Below are positions 43,630 to 52,589 of a stretch of 64,000 nt of DNA, one piece after another. This stretch comes from Synechococcus sp. (GTDB lineage: Bacteria; Cyanobacteriota; Cyanobacteriia; PCC-6307; Cyanobiaceae), in assembly GCA_047284725.1 (NCBI GenBank), contig JBJBEO010000001.1, forward strand, positions 824,203 through 888,202, in the 5' to 3' direction. The notes under the pieces were generated by a model. That model was not told where the DNA came from. It did no database searches and saw only the letters and a program-made list of their open reading frames with translations. A program made the translations under genes and the position numbers. Position 1 is the stretch's first letter. Each line of letters begins with the position of its first letter.

Positions 43630-45218
43630 CAGTGCTTCTCCCTCAGACGGGCCAGCATCAATTGACCACTGCCATCGAATTCGAGGGGCGCCAACCGTGT
43701 CTGGGCCCAGGCTTTCGGCGTCACCAGCCAAACCGGCAGATACGCGGCACCCTCAGCCGCTTCCCGATCGATCTGCAACAGCAGGTTCAGGCGCTTCTCC
43801 CCCAGCAGTGAATCGCTGCGGCGAAGGCTCTGTTCCAGGCCCGGGCGGGTCCAGAAGCTGCCACTGATCACCGCTTCCCCTTCTTCGCAGATGTCGCCCG
43901 AGGATTGCGTGCAACTGAGCAGCGGCGTCAGATAGGCCTCTGGGTCGGGATAGGAGCCCCCCCAATCGAGCATCACGGCCTTGAAGGCCCCTTCGCCCAG
44001 TTGGCGATAGACGGTGGTGGATTCCACTCCCTCCAGCTGGAGCACGATGCAGTCGGCCAGATCCCGGTTGAGCTGCGCTTGCCATGTGAGCGCCATGAGG
44101 CGATCAGAGGGCACGTTGGAGCGGTAGGTGAATGGCACCGTCAGGCGCTTCCCCTGGCAGTAGCCAGCCTTGCTCAACAAGGTGCGGGCACGCTCAGGGT
44201 TGTAGACGGGCCAGGGTTCCGGCTGGCCGCCGCGCAGGCTGGGGGGAACAAGCGACCGCAACGGTGTGCGTTGCTGGTGACTCACCCTGGCGCTGATCAG
44301 ATCACGGTCGAGGCTGTGGGCGAGACCCTGCCTCACCAACGGTTGTTGCAGGGGGGGGTGATTGCTGAGCAGTGTGACGTAGCCGATCTGAAGCGCCGGC
44401 CCAGCACTGGCCTGAAGCAGTCCCTGCTCCGCGCGGCGATCGAGGGCCAGGCGTTGGTCTTCGTCGAGGGAATCGGACAGAAGCACATCCACTTCACCAC
44501 TGCGCAGTGCACCGAATAACGCGGTGGAGTTACTCAGATTGATCAGGTCAAGACCACCGTTCTCCGGGGGAGGGCCCCAGTAACGGCGGAAAGGCACCAG
44601 GCGTTGCTGCGTGGCGCTGTAATTGCTCAGGCGGTAGGGGCCCGTCCCTACGAAGTTGTCGTTGAGAAAGCTGTCTTGGTGGTTGACGTAGGCCTTGGGT
44701 GAGATCGGTGTGAGGTACTGGGACGTGAGCAGACTTTCCAGTGAACTGGAGGGGCGATTCAGTCGGAGGCGCAGCACATAGGGCTGTGGCGTTTCAATCG
44801 TGCGGATGCGATCCCCCACCACGTAACTCTGGGTGCCGATCCGAAGGAAGCGGCGCAGGCTGAAAGCCATGGCCTCGGCGTCGAAGCGGCTGCCGTCGTG
44901 GAACAGCACATCCCGCCGAAGTGGAATGGTGACCGTCAGTCCTCCGTCGCTGAGCTGGGGCGGCTGCGACGCCAACTGCGGGCGGAGCGTTCCATCGGTG
45001 TCGCGCTTGTAGAGCGTGTCGCCAAGGGCGTTGAGCAGCTGAAGGGTGCCGTAGGTGCTGGCTTGGGCCGGGTCGAGCGAGGCAATGCGGCCGGCGCTGG
45101 CCACGGTGATCCGATCACTGGGGGAGTGGTGCTGGCAGGCCAGTTGACTGAAGCCAAGCCCTATCACCATGGCAGTGACTGTGCCTGCTCCTGTCCAGTG
45201 ACGATGGTGCGGCTGCAC
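43629..45218 (-). CDS. Peptide/nickel ABC transporter substrate-binding lipoprotein (family 5)
   Basis: LA-C lipobox, SLDPA, FHDGSRFDA, GTGPY; start uncertain. Confidence 0.9.
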   Translation of the reverse strand: MQPHHRHWTGAGTVTAMVIGLGFSQLACQHHSPSDRITVASAGRIASLDPAQASTYGTLQLLNALGDTLYKRDTDGTLRPQLASQPPQLSDGGLTVTIPLRRDVLFHDGSRFDAEAMAFSLRRFLRIGTQSYVVGDRIRTIETPQPYVLRLRLNRPSSSLESLLTSQYLTPISPKAYVNHQDSFLNDNFVGTGPYRLSNYSATQQRLVPFRRYWGPPPENGGLDLINLSNSTALFGALRSGEVDVLLSDSLDEDQRLALDRRAEQGLLQASAGPALQIGYVTLLSNHPPLQQPLVRQGLAHSLDRDLISARVSHQQRTPLRSLVPPSLRGGQPEPWPVYNPERARTLLSKAGYCQGKRLTVPFTYRSNVPSDRLMALTWQAQLNRDLADCIVLQLEGVESTTVYRQLGEGAFKAVMLDWGGSYPDPEAYLTPLLSCTQSSGDICEEGEAVISGSFWTRPGLEQSLRRSDSLLGEKRLNLLLQIDREAAEGAAYLPVWLVTPKAWAQTRLAPLEFDGSGQLMLARLREKH

Positions 45219-45245
45219 GTTGGAAGATGCCCTGTAGGCGTCTAT

Positions 45246-45464
45246 TCAAAGGCTGTTGATGGCTCCCTGGGCATCCTTGTGGTGATCTGAAGTGTCCGTC
45301 TGTTGGATGTCCCCTAAGGACACCTCAAACACATCGGATCCACCATGGGCCTGCAGCGGCCAGCGCCTCACCCAGCAGCGGTCGTGGCAATCATCAATGC
45401 CGATCACCTGGAACAGCTGTTGGCTGTCATCCAACTGAATGCAATCACCCTGATGCACATTCAT
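45246..45464 (-). CDS. Hypothetical protein
   Basis: MNVHQGDCIQL...FQVIGIDD..RCWVRRWP; SH3-like pattern. Confidence 0.6.
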   Translation of the reverse strand: MNVHQGDCIQLDDSQQLFQVIGIDDCHDRCWVRRWPLQAHGGSDVFEVSLGDIQQTDTSDHHKDAQGAINSL

Positions 45465-45639
45465 CGATGACGCTTCGCTCGGCTGCTCACAGCGTTGACC
45501 GTTGACGAGCATCAGTTCGTTCGACATGAACAGTGCAATGCACAGAACGGCGAATCCTGACCGTGTTAGGGCTGGATTGTTACCACTCTGCACGAAGGGG
45601 TGGTGGTGATGCGAGCTTTCGCTTCACGGGTGCGTTGCG

Positions 45640-46959
45640 TCAGAGGCAGCCCAGGTGAGCGGCAAGACCGCGCACGTCAGGCAAAGCCGTGATCGCATTC
45701 AGGGCAGTCCGCATGGAGCCGTTGTCGACTTCATGGGTGATGACAACGATCTCGGCGCCTGCATCGCTGGCATCGAATTGCACGATCGACTGGATCGAGA
45801 CGCCTTGCTCTCCGAAGCAGGAGCCGATGCGACCGATCACACCTGGGGTGTCATCGGTGGTGAAGCGCACGTAGTTGCGTTGATGGATCCGGTCGCTGTT
45901 CACCAGGCGGCAGGCTCGCCAGCTGCTGGCGGCGAGCAGAGGGTCGAGATTGCCGTCGCTGTCGTTGAGCTGACGGATGCCGGCGATGTTGAGGATGTCG
46001 GCGACCACGGCCGAGGCGGTGGGACCAGCCCCGGCCCCTGGGCCATAGAACATCACCTGGCCGATCGGATCGCCTTCCACCAGGATGGCGTTGTTCACAC
46101 CGTTCACTCCAGCGAGGGGATGGTCGCTGGGGACCAGGGTGGGTTGCACCCTGACCGCCAAGGGCTGGGATGTGGTGGCGCCTTCGCCAGCCTGATCGAC
46201 CCGTTCCGCCACCGCCAGCAACTTCACGCCGTAATCGAGTTGGGTGGCGTAATCCACGTCGCGGCTCTGCAGGTCGCTGATGCCAGCGGTGGGAATGCCA
46301 CTCCGATCGATCGGTCCGCCGAAGGCCAGGCCGGAGAGGATGGCGATCTTGTCGGCGGCATCCAGGCCGTCCACATCTGCTGCGGGATCGGCTTCGGCGT
46401 AGCCGAGATCCTGGGCGTCCTTTAGCACGGCGTTGTAATCGGCCCCCTCCTGGGCCATGCGCGTCAGGATGTAGTTGGTGGTGCCGTTGATGATGCCGCT
46501 GACCCGCTGAATCCGGTTGCCGCCCAGGGATTGTTTCAGCGGTTCGATGATCGGAATGCCTCCTCCGACAGCCGCTTCGATCAGCACGTAAACCCCGGCC
46601 GCCGCCGCTGCAGCGGCCATTTCCTCGCCATGGCGGGCAATCACCGCCTTGTTGGCTGTCACCACCGATTTGCCAGCGGCAATCGCGCGCATGATCAGGG
46701 TGCGGGCGGGCTCAATGCCGCCCATCACTTCCACCACAACCTGCACGTTGGGATCGTCAACCACGTCCTGGGGATCAGTGGTGAGCAAGCCAGGATCGAG
46801 CGCGACCGGTCGCGGCCGCTGCAGATCCCGCACGGCCACTCTGGCGATCTGCAGATCACCGATCAGGGGATGGCGTCCTTCCGGTGAGTTGAGGATGGCT
46901 GCCACCCCTGCGCCCACGGTGCCAAGTCCGAGTAGGCCGATGCCGATCCGTGTCGCCAT
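45640..46959 (-). CDS. hom: Homoserine dehydrogenase
   Basis: GLGTVG, VVTANK, GIINGTTNYIL, C-terminal ACT domain. Confidence 0.97.
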   Translation of the reverse strand: MATRIGIGLLGLGTVGAGVAAILNSPEGRHPLIGDLQIARVAVRDLQRPRPVALDPGLLTTDPQDVVDDPNVQVVVEVMGGIEPARTLIMRAIAAGKSVVTANKAVIARHGEEMAAAAAAAGVYVLIEAAVGGGIPIIEPLKQSLGGNRIQRVSGIINGTTNYILTRMAQEGADYNAVLKDAQDLGYAEADPAADVDGLDAADKIAILSGLAFGGPIDRSGIPTAGISDLQSRDVDYATQLDYGVKLLAVAERVDQAGEGATTSQPLAVRVQPTLVPSDHPLAGVNGVNNAILVEGDPIGQVMFYGPGAGAGPTASAVVADILNIAGIRQLNDSDGNLDPLLAASSWRACRLVNSDRIHQRNYVRFTTDDTPGVIGRIGSCFGEQGVSIQSIVQFDASDAGAEIVVITHEVDNGSMRTALNAITALPDVRGLAAHLGCL

Positions 46960-46995
46960 GGGATGTGTCCGTTCACGTCGCTCAGTGCAACGACT

Positions 46996-47457
46996 TTATG
47001 CAGAGGGGGTTGTGGCGCTGGGGTCGAGTCGTGACGCCTGGGCCTGCATCATGCGGAGGATGTTGAGGAAGCCATTGGCGCGGGATGGGGTGAGGCTGGC
47101 CTGCAGGCCCGTCGCGGCAATGAAGCTGGGGTCCACTGCGGTCACCTGGGCCGGCGTGAGACCGTCGAGGCCCTGGATCAGGAGGGCTAAGAGTCCCTTG
47201 GTGATCAGGGCATCGGAGGCGCCCTGCCAATGCAGAACGTTGTTCTCAAGTTTTGCGTCCACGAACACCTGAGAGACGCAACCTTGCACCTTGCGCTCCT
47301 CGGTCTGCAGCTCTTCCGGCATCGGGGCTAATTTTTTGCCCAGCCAAAGAACGTACTCGTAACGTTTGCGTGCGTCAGAAGTGCTGTTCAGCTTCTCCGC
47401 CAGCCGGTCGAGGGCGGCACTGCCGAAGCGGCTGCGGGCGCTGGCGGATGGATCCAT
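46996..47457 (-). CDS. sufE: SufE family Fe-S assembly protein
   Basis: VQGCVSQV, SDALITKGL, LTPSRANG. Confidence 0.93.
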   Translation of the reverse strand: MDPSASARSRFGSAALDRLAEKLNSTSDARKRYEYVLWLGKKLAPMPEELQTEERKVQGCVSQVFVDAKLENNVLHWQGASDALITKGLLALLIQGLDGLTPAQVTAVDPSFIAATGLQASLTPSRANGFLNILRMMQAQASRLDPSATTPSA

Positions 47458-47463
47458 GGCGGT

Positions 47464-47931
47464 TCAGCCCTGTCGCAAGCGTTGAACCCTACCGAGGAGA
47501 GCCAGAGAGATGCCGGCTCCAGCTCCGCCAAGCGCTGTGAGCAGGGGGCGGGCGCTGAAGGGGGCCTGGCTGACCGCATCAATCTGCACCTGGCCTTGAC
47601 GGATGGGCACGGTCAGATAGTCGCGGTGGCCCGGGCCGCCATCCACCTGCAGGTCCACCTCGCCATCGTCGAGAGCAGGGAGTTCAAGGGTGAGTTTGCC
47701 GTTTGCGTCCATGCGCCCCAGTTCCCGGCCAGGATTTCCATCGGCCTGCAGCAGTCGCACGATCGCTCCCTGGGCGGGTTCCCCGGTGGAAAAACCACTG
47801 CTCAACTCCAGTGAGCCGCTGAGGTACTGCAGGCTGGATTCGATCCCATGACTTTGCACCGCTGCAGGCCAGAGGCCACCCAGGGTGACTGCCGTGACTC
47901 CGAGCAGGAGATGGCGCAACGATCGGGGCAT
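47464..47931 (-). CDS. Exported, membrane-anchored protein resembling Ni/Co uptake accessory subunits (NikL/CbiL-like)
   Basis: Signal peptide then S-HG, FSTGEP, DANG, GGPGH, C-terminal TM; family assignment is from recall only. Confidence 0.55.
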   Translation of the reverse strand: MPRSLRHLLLGVTAVTLGGLWPAAVQSHGIESSLQYLSGSLELSSGFSTGEPAQGAIVRLLQADGNPGRELGRMDANGKLTLELPALDDGEVDLQVDGGPGHRDYLTVPIRQGQVQIDAVSQAPFSARPLLTALGGAGAGISLALLGRVQRLRQG

Positions 47932-47943
47932 GGTGATGGGGCC

Positions 47944-48024
47944 AGCGGTGGTTCCATCCTGCGGCCGATCTTGAGCAATGGGAAGGGGACCCGGTCATGC
48001 CCTGGTCGCCCAGGATCACCAGCT
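47944..48024 (-). promoter_or_regulatory. Candidate structured 5' leader RNA
   Basis: CCUGG-GCGA-CCAGG GNRA hairpin competes with a long-range AUCCUG/CAGGAU plus GGUG/CACC stem. Confidence 0.4.
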
Positions 48025-48029
48025 CGACC

Positions 48030-48608
48030 TCAGCTGCACCAGGTCACGCCTTGCTCGCACACCCATCCATGGAAGGGTTGATCCCATGGCTCCCTCGGTA
48101 AGCCTTCATGGCTGATGCAGCTGGTGGGCAGGACCACCAGGGCCTGTCGCTGCCGCCACGACGCTTCGCCCCGCAGCCGGTCGTAGTAGCCCCCGCCATA
48201 GCCCAGTCGAATGCCGCTGTGATCCACCGCGAGGGCAGGAACGAGCAGCAGCTGAAGCTGATGGGATTGCAGGGGGGGGCTTCCGATCGGCGCAGGAATG
48301 CCGCAGCCGTCACAGTCATCCAGTGGCCCTCCATCCCAGGGGCGATAGCTCATGCCCCCCTGGCCATCGCTGCAGGGCAGTGCCAATGACCATCCCCACA
48401 GATTCGGCAGGAGTGGCATCAGATCGGGCTCGCCCGGGAGTGGCCAGTAGAGCCCCAGGTGGCCGGCGTTCCGGGTGAAGCGTGGCTGGCTGTTGGATGG
48501 CAGCAGCAACTTCAGCACCGAAGCGCGGATCGCCTGGTCATCCCGCTGCCTGCGGAGCCTGCGGAACTGCCTCCGCAGGCTCTGTTTGTCCTGATCGGCA
48601 GCGCTCAT
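48030..48608 (-). CDS. 5-formyltetrahydrofolate cyclo-ligase
   Basis: LVPALAVD..GIRLGYGGGYYDR. Confidence 0.93.
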   Translation of the reverse strand: MSAADQDKQSLRRQFRRLRRQRDDQAIRASVLKLLLPSNSQPRFTRNAGHLGLYWPLPGEPDLMPLLPNLWGWSLALPCSDGQGGMSYRPWDGGPLDDCDGCGIPAPIGSPPLQSHQLQLLLVPALAVDHSGIRLGYGGGYYDRLRGEASWRQRQALVVLPTSCISHEGLPREPWDQPFHGWVCEQGVTWCS

Positions 48609-48776
48609 GGCAGCACGTCCCAGCGTCCCCTTGACGTCAGAGGGAGGACCAACGCGGTGGGGACGGGGTGACTGATGTGGGGGAAGGGGCGGTCGGCATC
48701 ACGCTGATCCACAGGGGCGTGCACGGGTGGCCATTTCTCTTTGAAGAAGATTCTCCTGTCAAAGCGCATTGAGCCA

Positions 48777-49073
48777 CTACGCAGCGTCCAGGCCGTCCAT
48801 TCCCCAGAGGACGTGACTGACTTGGTCAGCGTTGACCCAGCGGATCACGCCGTCATCGACATCGGCCACTTGAAACAGGCTGTTCATGGCCGGATCCCTG
48901 GCTCCGCCCTCGCACCAGACCACTTGGCCCATCCACCAGCCTGGATCATCCGTCTGTCCCATGGCCTTCAGGTTCTGAACCACGACGTAGTGACCAGGCC
49001 TGACACTCAAGAACGCTGGCGGTGGCTGCCCTTCGAGCGGATGGCCCTGACCTGCGCTGCGATCAATCGACAT
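48777..49073 (-). CDS. DUF3104 domain protein
   Basis: FLSVRPG..V, WWMGQV..CEGGARDP..SLFQVADVDDG.IRWVNAD. Confidence 0.85.
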   Translation of the reverse strand: MSIDRSAGQGHPLEGQPPPAFLSVRPGHYVVVQNLKAMGQTDDPGWWMGQVVWCEGGARDPAMNSLFQVADVDDGVIRWVNADQVSHVLWGMDGLDAA

Positions 49074-49074
49074 T

Positions 49075-49088
49075 GATACACCTGTTCT
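49075..49088. promoter_or_regulatory. LexA-like box
   Basis: GATAC-ACCT-GTTCT, one mismatch to the cyanobacterial RGTAC-N3D-GTWCB consensus, 1 bp from the DUF3104 ATG. Confidence 0.45.
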
Positions 49089-49207
49089 GTCTTCCGTTCT
49101 AGGCACGGTCTCCGTTTCAGGAATCAGCGAACCTGCTCACACGTGTAAGGGGATGCGACTGTCCACAGAGCTTGTGACTCTCCCGTGACTTTCCACAGAC
49201 CCGTTGG

Positions 49208-49693
49208 CTAGCGCCAGCGGCCATCGATGTGGCGGCACCCCTTCTCGGGAATCCAAAAGCCCTCCGCTGCCCGGATCAGCTCCAGCTTGTTGCGGTGGTG
49301 CCCGTAGTAGAGGCTGCTCCCCAGTCCGACGGTGAGGAGTTTGGTGTCGGCGTCGTTTGGAGCACGATCGCTGAAGCTTCTCAAAGGCACTCCGTTCTTG
49401 AAGACGATGACGGTGCCACCGCCTGGCTTGTCTTGCCCCGCGGTGGCTGCCGACCACCAGTTGCTGCCGTAGCCCTGATAGTTGCCCTCACGGAAGTGGA
49501 TGATCCAGTTGCCGTTGAGATAGACGGCGCCTTGGTATCCACCAATCCCATTGGTGGACGTGAACTGGATGCTGGCCTCTGGAATCACCTGACTGGTCCA
49601 GGTGCAGGAATAGGGGTAATGCTGCTGCGCGAAGGCCAGTGCTGGTGATAGAAGCAGGGCTCCGGCAACCAGAGGAGCAACTCCGTTGTTCAT
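49208..49693 (-). CDS. Hypothetical secreted protein
   Basis: Signal peptide ending AFA-Q; Cys near both ends. Confidence 0.7.
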   Translation of the reverse strand: MNNGVAPLVAGALLLSPALAFAQQHYPYSCTWTSQVIPEASIQFTSTNGIGGYQGAVYLNGNWIIHFREGNYQGYGSNWWSAATAGQDKPGGGTVIVFKNGVPLRSFSDRAPNDADTKLLTVGLGSSLYYGHHRNKLELIRAAEGFWIPEKGCRHIDGRWR

Positions 49694-49836
49694 CTGAGCT
49701 TTGACTGCACCAGGGGTTTGTCTATCAGGCCCCGTCCGAAAGGTGCCTGCCACGAGGGGTGGCAAGTTCTGCAGGGGTTGGCCCCTGATAAGAGTTCGAG
49801 ATGAGGGGACCTTATGGCTGAAGCCAGGTCAGAAAA

Positions 49837-49980
49837 TCATGTGCTTTTGATGATTTTAAATTCGAGGAACAAGGCCTCTGCCTCTGCGTAATCCTTGCTT
49901 GAGCGCAGTTCAAACACTTGCTGTTTCCACCAGTCCCAGGTGTCGATCTGAATCAGCGCAGCCAACATTTTTTCGCCCAT
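49837..49980 (-). CDS. Hypothetical small protein (47 aa)
   Basis: MGEKMLAALIQIDTWDWWKQQVFELRS...EAEALFLEF; amphipathic helices. Confidence 0.45.
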   Translation of the reverse strand: MGEKMLAALIQIDTWDWWKQQVFELRSSKDYAEAEALFLEFKIIKST

Positions 49981-50164
49981 CGCAGGCCTTGACGACTGAT
50001 TTGACGCTAGAGACAGAACCGTGGGCTGGAGGTGTTGTCCACTACAGATCGTAATCGTGCGGGTGCAGAAAGCTTCGAGTGACGAGGAGGCCAGGGTTGG
50101 GACTGGCCGCAATCGGAATCTGTCGTGACCAAGCCGTAGGTTGTGGTTTCGTGGATTGGTTGTT

Positions 50165-50590
50165 GTGCTGGCCAACAAGCTGGATTTGCAGTCCTGGAAA
50201 GTCAAGGGTCTCGTTGCGATTCTCTTTCTTGCTGCCTTGGTTCCTGTTGTCGGCAAAACACTTGTGGACAGCAGGTATCCCTCCTTGGAAAAAGCAGAGG
50301 AGGCGTGTATCGCTTGGCAGCAGTCTGGGAATGTCCATGAATCGCTCACAGACCGAGAGGCGTGGGATCTCTACGGCCGCGAAGTCGGGCAAGGCAGCTG
50401 TGACTATGTCACTCCATCGCTGACGCGAAGATTCTTTGCGCAGATGAATGGGAAAGAGCTCGTTAAATCTCGTTATTGCCTTAATAACAAGGCGACAAAC
50501 ACAATCGAAGGAAGAAGAAATGAAGCCATGGAAGTCGGATTGAACGGGGATAACGGAACCTATCAAGCTGAACAAACGTTCAGGTATTGA
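50165..50590 (+). CDS. Hypothetical membrane-anchored protein
   Basis: N-terminal TM, RYPS...AEEAC..W, SRYC, ends FRY; start uncertain. Confidence 0.6.
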   Translation: MLANKLDLQSWKVKGLVAILFLAALVPVVGKTLVDSRYPSLEKAEEACIAWQQSGNVHESLTDREAWDLYGREVGQGSCDYVTPSLTRRFFAQMNGKELVKSRYCLNNKATNTIEGRRNEAMEVGLNGDNGTYQAEQTFRY

Positions 50591-50695
50591 TCGCTATTGC
50601 CGACCGGGCACGATCAAACACAAGCTGTGGGGTGGCTGTCGTTGTGATCAAGGCGCTGAGCCTCAACAGCGTTGAGCCCTGGCGCGTCTTGGACT

Positions 50696-50890
50696 TCAGT
50701 TGAAGCTTGCGGTGAAGCGGTTCACCCGCAGGCTTCGATCTTTCTCTCTTTGGATCTCGCTCAGAATGAGGCTGAGGTAGCGATCGTCAGCACCGGTCTG
50801 CTGCTTGAGATCATTCAGGACATCATCGATCGCTCTCACCGCAGCCGGTATCTCATTCCTGAGGTGCTCCTTGGTCGGCTTGTAGGCCAC
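50696..50890 (-). CDS. Hypothetical small protein (64 aa)
   Basis: Compact helical ORF with GTG start. Confidence 0.55.
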   Translation of the reverse strand: MAYKPTKEHLRNEIPAAVRAIDDVLNDLKQQTGADDRYLSLILSEIQREKDRSLRVNRFTASFN

Positions 50891-51001
50891 GGGTTTGGAG
50901 CGAAAGAGTGATGAAGTTAACCAGCGTTTCCTTGCGCTGGCTTGATTGTGGGCGTTTGCAAAAGAACCAGACCGCCGGAGTGCGCATTGTCGTGTTGGCC
51001 T

Positions 51002-51484
51002 CTAGCGCTGAAACCAGCCCGTCAGCGCGACCGCCAAGGCATCGGCGGCATCATCCGGCCGCGGAGGCTCGCTCAGGTTCAGCTCCCGCATCACTGACTC
51101 CAGCACCTCGTCTTTGTCGGCGTGGCCGTTGCCGGTGAGGGCCTGTTTGATCTGCATCGGCGGGAATTCAAGGATCGGCAAGCCAAATCGGGTGAGGGTC
51201 ATGATCACCACACCCCTGGCCTGCACCACAGCGATGGTGTTGCTGGATCGATAGAAGAAGAACTTTTCGACTGCCGCCAGATCCGGCGTCCAGATCCGGA
51301 TCAACTGCCGCAGATCCCTGGCAATCTCCACCATCCGCTCGCCTTCGCTGCGACCGGGATCAGTCCGGATGATGCCGCAATCCACCATGCGCTGGCCTTC
51401 AACGCCTCTACCCGCATCGGGGTCGACATCGATCACGCCGTAGCCGACACGGGCAAGGCCTGGATCGATGCCGAGAATGCGCAT
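51002..51484 (-). CDS. ruvC: Holliday junction resolvase
   Basis: MRILGIDPG, AVE, DDAADALA. Confidence 0.96.
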   Translation of the reverse strand: MRILGIDPGLARVGYGVIDVDPDAGRGVEGQRMVDCGIIRTDPGRSEGERMVEIARDLRQLIRIWTPDLAAVEKFFFYRSSNTIAVVQARGVVIMTLTRFGLPILEFPPMQIKQALTGNGHADKDEVLESVMRELNLSEPPRPDDAADALAVALTGWFQR

Positions 51485-51500
51485 GGAGTGGCGCTCTGCC

Positions 51501-52589
51501 TCAGGCGGCTAAAGCCAGCTCGAAGTCGGCCGTGTCGGTGCTTTCGCTGCGCTCGAACACCTTGCAGAACACCTTCACCACCCGGTCGCCGGAGTCGACC
51601 TGCTCCAGGGGGTCTTTGCGCAGACGGTGACGCAGGCAGCAACAGGCCACCCGGGCCACATCGTCTTCACTGACCTCGGTGCGGCCCTCGAAGGCAGCCA
51701 GGGCACGGGCGGCACGGTTCGTGACGATGTCGCCACGGAGGCCATCCACATCCAGGTCTCCGCAGACGGCGGAGATGCGTAGACGCAGGTCATCGTCGAT
51801 GCGCACCTGATCGAGGCGCTGCTGAGCGTCCACCACCCGTTGCTGCAAAGCTTGCTGTCCGGCATCAACGCTGGCGCTGAAGGCCTCGGGGTCGGAGTCG
51901 AAGGCTGTGCGTTGATCCACCACCTGCACGCGCAGTTCCGGCTCGCGGACGGTACGCACCTCCACGCTCATGCCGAAGCGGTCGAGCAACTGGGGACGCA
52001 GCTCGCCTTCCTCGGGGTTGCCGGAGCCGATCAGCACAAACCGGGCGGGGTGACGCACCGACACGCCTTCCCGCTCCACGGTGTTCCAGCCGGAGGCGGC
52101 GGAATCGAGCAGCACGTCCACGAGGTGATCGTCGAGCAGGTTGACCTCGTCGACATAGAGCAGGCCGCGGTTGGCCTTCGCCAGCAGGCCGGGTTCGAAG
52201 GCCCGCACACCCTCACTAAGGGCTTTTTCGATATCGATCGTGCCGCACAGGCGATCTTCAGTGGCTCCCAGGGGCAGGTCGACCATCGGCACCTGGCGTT
52301 CCTCGGTCCCCAACGTTTCGCCATGTTCCATCCGTTCCCGAACATCACTGCTCTGCAGATCAGGATCGGTGGGTGAGCTGTTGTAGGGGTCGCCGGCGAC
52401 CACCTCGATGCCGGGCAGAAGATCAGCCAGAGCACGAATGGTGGTGGATTTGCCCGTGCCTCGGTCTCCCATGATCATCACGCCGCCGATCCGTGGATCG
52501 ATCACGTTGAGCAGCAGGGCGAGCTTCATCTCCTCCTGACCGATCACGGCGGTGAAGGGGAAAACCCTGCGCTTACGGGGTGCACTCAC
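51501..52589 (-). CDS. chlI: Magnesium chelatase subunit I
   Basis: FPFTAVIGQEEMK, GDRGTGKST, LYVDEVNLL, LRPQLLDRFG. Confidence 0.98.
   Translation of the reverse strand: MSAPRKRRVFPFTAVIGQEEMKLALLLNVIDPRIGGVMIMGDRGTGKSTTIRALADLLPGIEVVAGDPYNSSPTDPDLQSSDVRERMEHGETLGTEERQVPMVDLPLGATEDRLCGTIDIEKALSEGVRAFEPGLLAKANRGLLYVDEVNLLDDHLVDVLLDSAASGWNTVEREGVSVRHPARFVLIGSGNPEEGELRPQLLDRFGMSVEVRTVREPELRVQVVDQRTAFDSDPEAFSASVDAGQQALQQRVVDAQQRLDQVRIDDDLRLRISAVCGDLDVDGLRGDIVTNRAARALAAFEGRTEVSEDDVARVACCCLRHRLRKDPLEQVDSGDRVVKVFCKVFERSESTDTADFELALAA

Noticed and set aside
47944..48024. 6S RNA next to the 5-formyl-THF cyclo-ligase gene
   Set aside because: The element is too short (~80 nt) and lies downstream rather than upstream of that gene.
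49740..49794. Resemblance to the 3' half of a SAM-I riboswitch (AAGGUGCC...UGCAG...CUGAUAAGAG)
   Set aside because: The 5' half (AUCAAGAG, kink-turn, GCAACC) is absent and no sulfur-metabolism gene follows on that strand.
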